Source: an uncultured Gammaproteobacteria bacterium
GTDB lineage: Bacteria > Patescibacteriota > Patescibacteriia > Patescibacteriales > GWE2-39-37
Reading direction: 5' to 3'
DNA: 64,000 bases
Assembly: GCA_964443495.1 (NCBI GenBank)
Contig: CAYUCS010000001.1
Location: 616,468-680,467, forward strand
Made by a program: the position numbers and the translations under genes. Position 1 is the stretch's first letter. The number at the start of each line of letters is the position of its first letter. Under the pieces are notes generated by a model, which was not told the origin of the DNA, made no database searches, and was given only the letters and a program-made list of their open reading frames with translations. This document shows, piece after piece, positions 50,468 through 58,570 of the stretch.

Positions 50468-52053
50468 ACCGTGAAGACGAAATAGAGTAAAAAGGCCGTA
50501 ATGCCGACCAGGAACAAGGCGAGCACGAAGGTCCAAAGTATCGGATGGCTCCTGACAACGGTCCCGTCTTCGGTCTTGATGCTCTTCAAGGATATGGAGG
50601 AGCCCATGCCTCGGAAGAACCAGCCGGCTGCTTGCGATGGCTTCTCGAACAAAGTCTTAATCTTCTTGAGCGAGAAAATGAAATCGCCGATAAAGCCGAA
50701 AGATGAATTATAGTCCAGGAATATCAAGCCGGTCGCATCCTGATACATCATGTCTTCGCTGAAAATATAACCCGGAACGCCGCGCCCGATGACCTTGCCG
50801 TTGATCGATACCAGCCTGCCCTTGATCGGCGAAGCATAAGGATTGCGCATCTGCTCCAAAACGGTAGTCGTCACCGGCTGTCCTGACGGATACTTGTAAG
50901 GGATCTGCAAAAGCAAACCGATGCCGATGGCCGCAGGCAGAAAGGCTAGCGGCAAGAAGGCGAAAGCATACAGGGCGAGCAAATACGGCATAAGCATCAC
51001 GACAAAGCCTACGGCGAAATCCAAATAAAGCCTATTGCCGTCGATCTGCAGCCTGGCGATGGCGCCATCGACATCGAAGCCGAACGGCTTGCCGATATTG
51101 CGCGACAACTTGCTCAGATGATCGATGCGCTTGCCGGTCAGCGGGTGGGTCGATCCCAGCTCCGAGATGATAGCCCAAGGATTGACCTTGTCGAAAGCCA
51201 TGACTTCGGCTAAAGCGTTAGCATCATTATTAGTGACATAAGACATGACGCCGAGATGCTTGGCGTTCTTGACGTCGATAATACCGAGATGGCGCGTGCT
51301 CTGTAATAGCCGCTTGGAAGAGCCGTCGTCTTCTGCCGTAACGATGCCGTAGGCGATCTTGACCAAGGCGTTGGCCAGGTATTTCGGCTCGACGTATTTG
51401 GCCGAAAAGGCATCCGCCAGATATTCTCGGGTGCGGCTCAGATAATAAATCAGATAAACGCCGATGACGTAAAGGATGTAAGAAATGATAGCGACAATCT
51501 TCAGAGCGCCAGACCGCTTGCCTTTGGCCTTGATAAAGGCGGCATAAATCTCATACAGGATCTGCACCAAGGTGCTGGCGATCATCATCACAATAAAGTC
51601 GCGGTTGACGATGTGGCCCAATTCGTGGGCCACGACCGCCCTGACCTCCTCCGGTTTCAAGAAATATGAGATGCCGTCAGTCAGGATGATGCGTGAATTA
51701 TAACGGGCTGAGCCATAAGTGAAAGCGGTCGGATTGCGATCCGGGATGATGCCGACTTTCGGGAACTTGAACTTGTACTCGTTCGAAACTTGCTCGATGA
51801 TGGCAGCCGCCTCAGGATAAGCCTGGGTGAATTCTTCCCTGCTCAAAAAACGAGCCTTATAGAAAAACCTATTGATCAGATCCGTAATGGCAGGACCGAT
51901 CAGCCAAAGCACTACATTGATCGTGATAGTCAAACCAATGGCAACGCCCAGATTAATCGCATCAACATAAAGCAGCAGCATCATGACTGCCGCAAAAACG
52001 AAAGAAAACAGCACGCCGAGCGTGAACAGCGACGACCAAATCAATTTGTTCAT
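50464..52053 (-). CDS. M48 family (HtpX-like) zinc metallopeptidase with extended C-terminal membrane domain
   Basis: 529 aa. HELGHIVNRD (HExxH), multiple TM helices and a long extra C-terminal region. Confidence 0.82.
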   Translation of the reverse strand: MNKLIWSSLFTLGVLFSFVFAAVMMLLLYVDAINLGVAIGLTITINVVLWLIGPAITDLINRFFYKARFLSREEFTQAYPEAAAIIEQVSNEYKFKFPKVGIIPDRNPTAFTYGSARYNSRIILTDGISYFLKPEEVRAVVAHELGHIVNRDFIVMMIASTLVQILYEIYAAFIKAKGKRSGALKIVAIISYILYVIGVYLIYYLSRTREYLADAFSAKYVEPKYLANALVKIAYGIVTAEDDGSSKRLLQSTRHLGIIDVKNAKHLGVMSYVTNNDANALAEVMAFDKVNPWAIISELGSTHPLTGKRIDHLSKLSRNIGKPFGFDVDGAIARLQIDGNRLYLDFAVGFVVMLMPYLLALYAFAFLPLAFLPAAIGIGLLLQIPYKYPSGQPVTTTVLEQMRNPYASPIKGRLVSINGKVIGRGVPGYIFSEDMMYQDATGLIFLDYNSSFGFIGDFIFSLKKIKTLFEKPSQAAGWFFRGMGSSISLKSIKTEDGTVVRSHPILWTFVLALFLVGITAFLLYFVFTV

Positions 52054-52063
52054 ATTGTTTGAT

Positions 52064-52108
52064 AAAAAAATACCCCTCTTTGCTTACATTATAGCAAAAA
52101 GGGATATT
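52064..52108 (-). terminator. rho-independent terminator of the secreted-protein operon
   Basis: 15-bp stem 52069-52083 / 52094-52108. Its two C-A mismatches on the plus strand become G-U pairs on the minus strand. A T7 run follows on the minus strand (52064-52070). Confidence 0.7.
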
Positions 52109-52138
52109 ATAAACAATTTCGAGTTCAATGAATTGATC

Positions 52139-53302
52139 CTAATTCTCGCCAACTTCTATCTTTCTGATGTTAATATTATTTATTCCCAGCCCAAGCTTTC
52201 TCATAACATTAAAGGCGTCTCCGGGCCGTCCAAGAAAATAGGCCTTTTTATCTTTTGGGTTTATGTAATATGCCTTACCCTTGTCCTCGACGTTAATTAA
52301 TATTCTTCCTAAAAGCTTGCCTGAAAAAACTTTAGTATTTTTTATAACATTATTTTTAACACCCAATCCTTGTTTTCTCATAACATCAAAGGCGTCGGCT
52401 GGCCTTCCCAAAAAATATTTTTTACCGGAATCGGGATTCACATACCAAGCTTGGCCCTTATTTTCAACTTGAATCAAAATTTGCCCCCTCATTCTCTTGG
52501 ACATTGCATCATCCTTTTTAACCAGGACTTTTTCCTCTGCGACTACACTTTTTATATCTTCCAGATTATTAGAATTGCCGGAGGATATACTTGTTTTTGA
52601 ATTATTATCAATTTTTATACCAAGTACTTTTGGCGGAGCACCGCTTTTGTCATCAGTAGTAGTTGCGATTTGGCAAGTCTTTTTGGTTGCAGCCTGCTGT
52701 TCGGCCGTCAAAGCGCATCCTGCCGGCATCTGTGTCACTACTGAGCGCACTTGTAAGTCGTTGGTGCAATTAGCTTGCCAAGAAGAATAAGACACTGAAG
52801 CACAGCTTGTTGGAGCTGAAACTGCTCCCCCGCCACCTCCTGAACTTACTGTAGAGCCTGTTGACCCTGAAGAACAGTCAGTATTTTTAAAAGACAAATT
52901 TAATGACACTACCCCTCCCTGAACAAATTCGCCATCATATTGCTGGACCAAGCAGCCAGATTCAGGCATTGCAACATTGGGTAACGTATATTTAAAAATG
53001 ATTGCCCCCTCATAGCTTTTTACAACCAATTTGTTTTTTATCGGATTATCATATCCGTATACCCCGGCCTCATCAAGAGTTACTGCACCTAACAAAGTCG
53101 AGCTGGCAAAAGCTAAAACCCTTGAGCCGAAAGGCAGCGGCGCACCATTCAGATTTACAGTTCCGTAAAAGGACATTGGAAATGAAGGAAAGATGGGACC
53201 AACCCCTAACCCTCCACCGCCAGTTGTTGTGTCACTATTTGCAAACGCGCCAAATGGCGCGAAGGAAAATGTAATAAAAATTGCAACAAAAATTCTCTTC
53301 AT
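52139..53302 (-). CDS. secreted hypothetical protein with two C-terminal tandem repeats of about 45 aa
   Basis: 387 aa. Signal peptide MKRIFVAIFITFSFAPFGAFA, a Gly/Ser linker, a 4-Cys module, then repeats GQILIQVENKGQAWYVNPDSGKKYFLGRPADAFDVMRKQGLGV and GRILINVEDKGKAYYINPKDKKAYFLGRPGDAFNVMRKLGLGI. Confidence 0.8.
   Translation of the reverse strand: MKRIFVAIFITFSFAPFGAFANSDTTTGGGGLGVGPIFPSFPMSFYGTVNLNGAPLPFGSRVLAFASSTLLGAVTLDEAGVYGYDNPIKNKLVVKSYEGAIIFKYTLPNVAMPESGCLVQQYDGEFVQGGVVSLNLSFKNTDCSSGSTGSTVSSGGGGGAVSAPTSCASVSYSSWQANCTNDLQVRSVVTQMPAGCALTAEQQAATKKTCQIATTTDDKSGAPPKVLGIKIDNNSKTSISSGNSNNLEDIKSVVAEEKVLVKKDDAMSKRMRGQILIQVENKGQAWYVNPDSGKKYFLGRPADAFDVMRKQGLGVKNNVIKNTKVFSGKLLGRILINVEDKGKAYYINPKDKKAYFLGRPGDAFNVMRKLGLGINNINIRKIEVGEN
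52181..52492 (-). repeat. two tandem coding repeats (52358-52492 and 52181-52318)
   Basis: About 60% identical 45-aa units (aa 271-315 and 329-374 of the 387-aa protein). Confidence 0.8.
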
Positions 53303-53306
53303 ATTT

Positions 53307-55874
53307 TTACTTAGACAAGGTCTGGGTCGAGGTGGTCAGACCAGGAACCCTCTTGCCGTTGGAGTAAGTCGGGGTGGTGATATCAGCGCCATCAGACCAG
53401 ACGAAGCTGCCAGCCACAGTGGTATCAGAACCAATGGCATAAGCGGCGTCCTCAACGATCTTGGTGGTGACTGACTCAGAACCGTTGCCAGAAACGCTGA
53501 CGGTAGCCAAGATTTCGAAGGTCTTGGAAGAACCGGCAGTGATAACTTCTGGGGTAGCACCGAAGTCAACGGTCACAGTCTTGTTAGCCAAGCTGACAGT
53601 AGCTGCGAAGTCCTTGGTAGAACCATTGACCTTGACAGCGTTGTTAGCGATGGTAGCGATCGACGAGTTGGTGGTGGTTGCATAGGTCAGAACAACCTTG
53701 CCCAAGGTAACATCGCCATTGGCATCAGCCGTAACGGTGAACTTGGAAACAACCTTGTCACCAGCAGTCAACAAAGTCTCAGGCAATGCCTGCAATGCGA
53801 CGGTCGGAACAGTCTTCCTGATGCGGAAGCCGTTAGCGAGGTCACCCTCATACTGAGGAGCAGACAAAGTGCCGGCAGAAGACTTGAATTTGACATCGGT
53901 CAAAGCGATCTGCAGATCCTTGTTGGTTGCAGTAGCGTCGTTGGAGATAGCATTCAAGGAGACCTTGACGGTCAAAGTCTTTGAACCATTAGCTGGAACA
54001 ACGACCTTGTCGTTAACCAAGAATCTGCCGATGCCGTTAACCAAAACGGTGGAATCAACAAGGGTAGCACCGTCGTACAAAGAGATGCCAGCGACAGTGG
54101 AGTCAACGGCAGAAGATGTAGCGACAGCGGTCGAAGAAGAGGTGTTGACGAAGTTGATTTCATACAAGGTAGCGGCGTCATTGACGGCGGTGAACTTGTA
54201 CTCAGCAACGGTCTGCTCTGCAGCCTTGGCAGCCAAGATAGCGGCCTGAGGAGCATTGCCACCCAATTCGACGTTCAAAGTGCCAGCGTCACGTACCGAG
54301 AAGACGGTAGAGGTGGCAACATTGCCAGTGGTAATCGCGGTACCGCGAGAATCCTGGGAGTTGATGGTGATCGGGGTCTGGAAGCCGCCGGTAGCGGAAG
54401 AATCGAAGGAAGCCTTGATTTCAATCTGCTTGGTGGTGTCCTTAGCGATCACGAAGTTCAATGAAGAGAAGGTAGCGCCAGAGGTGCCGAAATCGACAGT
54501 GTTGCCGACCTGGACGCCTGCGACGAAGAGCTTCGCGTCATAAACGGAAGAAGCCAGGGTCGAAGATGCGTTTGCGCCCAAAGCGATGGAAGTCACCTTG
54601 ACCTCATCGTTGGTAGCCTTCAAGGCGAATTTGCCCAGAGAGACATCGGTAGAACCCTTGACGACAACCTTGTTGGCAGAGTAGCCGTCGTTCCTTACAG
54701 TGGCCAAAGCTGCTCCCTGGACAGTGAAAACGCCGCCCATGGCAGTACCCCAAATATCATCAGAAGAAACGGCGTTTCCAAAATATGAGTACACTGGATT
54801 TTGATCAATAAAAGCAGTGAAGCCGTCAATTTTGACAAAAATGGAAGCATTTACAGAAGCAGTTGCCTTGGCCTTAACCATGACCTTGATCTCGTTGTCG
54901 CCCTTGTTCAGGGTCAGTGAACTAGTCAGGGTCTTGGACAAAGGAGCGGTAGAGCTGGCAGCCGGATCAAAGGAATCCAGTAGAGCGCCGTTCAGGTAGA
55001 CGCGGACGTTCTCAAACTGGTCAGTGGTGGAAGCAAACTGTCCGGAATTATAGATTAGGTTTAAACCATCGGCGATGACCGCCTCGTCAGCGCGGATATT
55101 GGCCAACAGAATGGTGTTATCAGAACCCTTAATGATAGTGGTATCAGCCGGGGAAGCCGATTTCTTTGAAATGACCAGCGTGCCAGTTGCTGTAACCGGA
55201 GTTGAAGTTGAAACGGGATTATTATTTTGATAACCACTATAAACTGCACCTGCATTACTGTAAACCGCATACGCCTTTGTTTCCCTGAAATCATCTAAAT
55301 TATTAGCATCAATCCACGTTGCGCTTGCCCAGTTGTCACTAATTTTTGTTGAATACCTTGACGCCTGGTTGGCTGTTAGGTCATAAACCGATTGAACACT
55401 GGATCCTAGACTGTCTAAGATATTATTTACATTATTTGTGTCTACGCCATCAAAATCTTTCTGATTTAGCGCATAGCTTGGATTAGCTACACCGACCGCA
55501 TTCCAGCCTGGCAATAAATTCCTTGAAAAAAGCCTTTCATTTGGCGCGACATTCTGCCTGTAGTTAAGAGTCAGTGTTGTCGTCGCGCCAGTTTTATTGT
55601 TTATAAAATAACCGAACAAAGGTACAAATTCTACCTGTCCCAAATCTGCCATAGTTGACCATCCCGTGACACTTTTCGGATTTAAAAGATAAATATCATA
55701 ATTGGATGAGGTGCTCGATGCTGAAAATTCATGAGACTCCACAAGTCTTGGGGTGGAAAACAAATTCCACCCTGGAGCGAGTGTGATTACGTGGGAATAT
55801 TCGGCAGCATTAGCCACTTCGCCCCCTGCGAGCAATAAAGAGAAGCAAAATAAAACTCGGGTTAAGGTCCTCAT
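53307..55874 (-). CDS. large secreted surface protein (candidate S-layer / adhesin), Thr/Ser/Ala/Val/Asn-rich
   Basis: 855 aa. Signal peptide MRTLTRVLFCFSLLLAGGEVANA. No Cys after the signal peptide by eye. Several beta-sandwich-like modules of about 90 aa (..KFTVTADANGDVTLGKVVL.., ..YKFTAVNDAATLYEINF..). Confidence 0.8.
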   Translation of the reverse strand: MRTLTRVLFCFSLLLAGGEVANAAEYSHVITLAPGWNLFSTPRLVESHEFSASSTSSNYDIYLLNPKSVTGWSTMADLGQVEFVPLFGYFINNKTGATTTLTLNYRQNVAPNERLFSRNLLPGWNAVGVANPSYALNQKDFDGVDTNNVNNILDSLGSSVQSVYDLTANQASRYSTKISDNWASATWIDANNLDDFRETKAYAVYSNAGAVYSGYQNNNPVSTSTPVTATGTLVISKKSASPADTTIIKGSDNTILLANIRADEAVIADGLNLIYNSGQFASTTDQFENVRVYLNGALLDSFDPAASSTAPLSKTLTSSLTLNKGDNEIKVMVKAKATASVNASIFVKIDGFTAFIDQNPVYSYFGNAVSSDDIWGTAMGGVFTVQGAALATVRNDGYSANKVVVKGSTDVSLGKFALKATNDEVKVTSIALGANASSTLASSVYDAKLFVAGVQVGNTVDFGTSGATFSSLNFVIAKDTTKQIEIKASFDSSATGGFQTPITINSQDSRGTAITTGNVATSTVFSVRDAGTLNVELGGNAPQAAILAAKAAEQTVAEYKFTAVNDAATLYEINFVNTSSSTAVATSSAVDSTVAGISLYDGATLVDSTVLVNGIGRFLVNDKVVVPANGSKTLTVKVSLNAISNDATATNKDLQIALTDVKFKSSAGTLSAPQYEGDLANGFRIRKTVPTVALQALPETLLTAGDKVVSKFTVTADANGDVTLGKVVLTYATTTNSSIATIANNAVKVNGSTKDFAATVSLANKTVTVDFGATPEVITAGSSKTFEILATVSVSGNGSESVTTKIVEDAAYAIGSDTTVAGSFVWSDGADITTPTYSNGKRVPGLTTSTQTLSK

Positions 55875-55929
55875 AATATTTGTTTAATATAAGATATAGA
55901 AATCACTATTCACAGCTAAAATTAAATAT

Positions 55930-55958
55930 ATAATACAATAAATATTCAAATTAGTCAA
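55930..55958 (-). promoter_or_regulatory. strong sigma-70-type promoter of the surface-protein operon
   Basis: Minus strand reads TTGACT-N17-TATTAT in an AT-rich region. Leader of about 50 nt. Confidence 0.6.
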
Positions 55959-56006
55959 TAGAAGCAACCTTTTTCTTTGCTATCCCGCCATTTTAAAATT
56001 TAATAC

Positions 56007-56034
56007 AAAAAAACACCATTTTATTGGTGTTTTT
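56007..56034 (-). terminator. rho-independent terminator after tRNA-Val
   Basis: Minus strand reads ACACCA-ATAAAA-TGGTGT followed by T7. Confidence 0.75.
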
Positions 56035-56041
56035 CCATCTG

Positions 56042-56115
56042 TGGTCGCACCAGGACTCGAACCTGGGACCTCGCCGATGTGAACGGCGCGCTCTAACCAA
56101 CTGAGCCATGCGACC
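56042..56115 (-). tRNA. tRNA-Val (anticodon CAC)
   Basis: Hand-folded 74-nt cloverleaf: acceptor GGTCGCA/TGCGACC, D stem GCTC/GAGC, anticodon stem CGCCG/CGGCG with loop TTCACAT, T arm CCAGG-TTCGAGT-CCTGG. CCA is not encoded. Confidence 0.92.
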
Positions 56116-56123
56116 GGGATATT

Positions 56124-56528
56124 TTAGCGGCTATCCAAAGCCATATTCACTAACTTATCCGCCTCCTGGTTCTGCTCGCGTCGGACGTGGGTGTATCTGA
56201 CCTTCCGGAAACCGAGGCTGGCGTTGTATATCTGGACGAACAGCGGGGCCAGGTCCTTGTTCTTGACCTTGTAGTTGCCATTCAGCTGCTCGACGACCAA
56301 TTGACTGTCCAGGAAAAAATCGATTTCCTTGGCGCCCAGCTCCCTGGCCTTGCTGATAGCGGCGACCACAGCCTTGTACTCGGCTTGATTGTTAGTCGTC
56401 TCGCCGATGTACTCGGATATCTCAGCCAAAACTTGGTGCTGGTCGTCATAGATGACCGCGCCGATCGCTGCCGGTCCCGGGTTGCCCCGCGCACCGCCGT
56501 CCGTAAATATAATCAGTTTCTCACTCAT
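56124..56528 (-). CDS. rnhA: ribonuclease HI
   Basis: 134 aa. IFTDGGARGNPGPAAIG...TNNQAEYKAV...LDSQLVVEQLNG. Confidence 0.9.
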   Translation of the reverse strand: MSEKLIIFTDGGARGNPGPAAIGAVIYDDQHQVLAEISEYIGETTNNQAEYKAVVAAISKARELGAKEIDFFLDSQLVVEQLNGNYKVKNKDLAPLFVQIYNASLGFRKVRYTHVRREQNQEADKLVNMALDSR

Positions 56529-58273
56529 ACTTTAGAGGGCATCAAGTCGATAATCCTTAACTGGACCTCCCTTTTGCCGTTGAATTCGTTCAATTCCATA
56601 TAATAAGCTAGGTCTATTGTATCACCGATTTTCAAATCTGGCCACTCTTCGGCCTGGCCGAAACCGAGAGCCGTCTTGACCTTGGAGGTCGAATTCCTGA
56701 GCTTCAGGCGCAAATGCCGGCCGTCCCAGCCGAGCTTGGCCACATCGACGATATTGATCTGCCGGCTCAAAAAGACCGGCCGCGGATTGCCCTCGCCGAA
56801 CGGGGCGAAGCGCTCGATCTGCTCCAGGAATTTCTCATCGACCAAAGACAAATCTATCTCAGTCTCGATATTCAGGCTCGGCTTCAAATCCAAGCCGCCG
56901 AGCTTCTCATTGGCCAACGCAGTTATATCCTTGGTGAAACGGGCCAGATTATCCTGCCCCTTGATGCTGAAACCGCAAGCAGCGGCGTGGCCGCCATACT
57001 TATGCAAGGAATCCTTAGTTGCTTCAACAGCCTTGATCAGATTGAATTGGTCGATGCTGCGGCCCGAGCCCTTGATCTCCTCCGGGGTGCCGGTAATGAC
57101 CAATGCGGGCAAATAATATTTTTCCGACAGCCGACCAGCTACTAGGCCGACAGTGCCCTCGTTCCAGGGCTCGCCTTGGCCGTAGACACTAGGGCTGATC
57201 GCGATAACAATCTTGTCGGCCGACTTTTCCGCCTCAACGTTAGCAATAATTGTTTTAACGATATCTTCAGTCACTTTCTGCCGTTCCTGATTGCGCTCAT
57301 TCAAGCCGATGGCCAAGCGTTCGGCCTCGGCTTGGTCGCGGGTAATCAGCAGTTCAAAGGCCGTGTTAGCGTGATCCATGCGGCCGGCGGCATTCAGTCT
57401 CGGCGTCAGTTGGAAGCTCACGTTCCAGCTATCGATCGAACGGCTAGGATTAATCTTGGCGATCTTGATCAGCTCTTTCAGTCCGATGCGGCGCGTCTGG
57501 TTCAAGATCTCCAAGCCGCGCTTGACCAGCACCCGATTCTCGCCAACTAAAGGCACGCAATCGGCGATCGTGCCGAGAGCGACCAAATCCAGAATGCGCT
57601 CCTCCAAACGGAGCTTCATCTCCTCTTCCAATTTCGAGCGTTGGATAATCGCCATCGCCAGCTTGGCGGAAACGCCGACGCCGGCCAGGTATTTGAATGG
57701 ATACGTTTCCCCGCTGACCATCGGATTGATGACCAGGCATTCAGGCATCGCCTCAGCTTCCGGCGGTGGCACATGATGATCCGTGATAATGACTTCGAGG
57801 CCGATCGACTTGATGTAGGCGACCTCTTCCTTATTTCTTATGCCGTTATCAACGGTAATGATCAATCCGGCCCCATTGGCGGCCAGCTCGTCGATGGCCT
57901 GGCGATTCAAGCCGTAACCCTCGGTTACCCGGTCAGGAATATAGATATCAGTCTTGGCCTTAAGGGTCGAAAGGACCTCGAGTAGGCAGGCAGTAGCCGT
58001 GACGCCGTCAGCGTCATAGTCGCCGTAGATAACGATCTTCTTGCCGGCCTTGATCGCTCCGATTATCTGCTCGACCGCCTCGGCCATCTGCGAAAACAAT
58101 GACGGCGCGTGCTTGTACGTGACGTAATCCGAAGACAAGAAGGCTTCGGCCGTCTGCTGGTCGGAGATGTTGCGGTTGAACAGGAGCTGCGCGGTTATCT
58201 GGTCATAGCTCGACAAGGCGTCAGTCGCAGCAGGAGCGATACGTTCACGGACCTGCCAATGACGTTTTGACAT
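56525..58273 (-). CDS. recJ: single-stranded-DNA-specific exonuclease RecJ
   Basis: 582 aa. DHH family motifs IYGDYDADGVTATA and ITDHH, plus a DHHA1 segment with GGHAAACG. Confidence 0.9.
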   Translation of the reverse strand: MSKRHWQVRERIAPAATDALSSYDQITAQLLFNRNISDQQTAEAFLSSDYVTYKHAPSLFSQMAEAVEQIIGAIKAGKKIVIYGDYDADGVTATACLLEVLSTLKAKTDIYIPDRVTEGYGLNRQAIDELAANGAGLIITVDNGIRNKEEVAYIKSIGLEVIITDHHVPPPEAEAMPECLVINPMVSGETYPFKYLAGVGVSAKLAMAIIQRSKLEEEMKLRLEERILDLVALGTIADCVPLVGENRVLVKRGLEILNQTRRIGLKELIKIAKINPSRSIDSWNVSFQLTPRLNAAGRMDHANTAFELLITRDQAEAERLAIGLNERNQERQKVTEDIVKTIIANVEAEKSADKIVIAISPSVYGQGEPWNEGTVGLVAGRLSEKYYLPALVITGTPEEIKGSGRSIDQFNLIKAVEATKDSLHKYGGHAAACGFSIKGQDNLARFTKDITALANEKLGGLDLKPSLNIETEIDLSLVDEKFLEQIERFAPFGEGNPRPVFLSRQINIVDVAKLGWDGRHLRLKLRNSTSKVKTALGFGQAEEWPDLKIGDTIDLAYYMELNEFNGKREVQLRIIDLMPSKV

Positions 58274-58331
58274 TTTTATTATTTTAAAAAATTAAAAACA
58301 GGATAGCGTCTGCCTCCGATGCGGGATTGCC

Positions 58332-58442
58332 TTACTGCATGAACGCGATACCGACCGACCAGATGACCATTGAAAAGATGACCATCAGGCTGACGATGGC
58401 CCAGGCGACGCGGATGCGCTTGCTTCTCTTTGTGTCGAACAT
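58332..58442 (-). CDS. possible 36-aa single-TM micro-protein
   Basis: Hand-translated: MFDTKRSKRIRVAWAIVSLMVIFSMVIWSVGIAFMQ*. Basic N-terminus then a hydrophobic helix. Below the ORF-track size cutoff and has no Shine-Dalgarno. Confidence 0.3.
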   Translation of the reverse strand: MFDTKRSKRIRVAWAIVSLMVIFSMVIWSVGIAFMQ

Positions 58443-58485
58443 GAGTTTATATATTATTTTTTTGTTATTTGAAAATCCCGTTGGC

Positions 58486-58561
58486 GTTCAGGCCTTGAAA
58501 ATGATTTTTATCGCGCATACGTACTCGTCTAAGCAGAAAAAATCATTTTCAAGGCCTGAAC
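58486..58561. repeat. 24-bp perfect inverted repeat with 28-nt loop downstream of lepA
   Basis: GTTCAGGCCTTGAAAATGATTTTT (58486-58509) and AAAAATCATTTTCAAGGCCTGAAC (58538-58561). Confidence 0.85.
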
Positions 58562-58570
58562 TGAGGCATC

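Noticed and set aside
53336-55294. Many nested ORFs of 60-126 aa on both strands inside the 855-aa surface-protein gene.
   Set aside because: They are artefacts of the extreme Thr/Ser/Ala/Val codon composition of the real gene.
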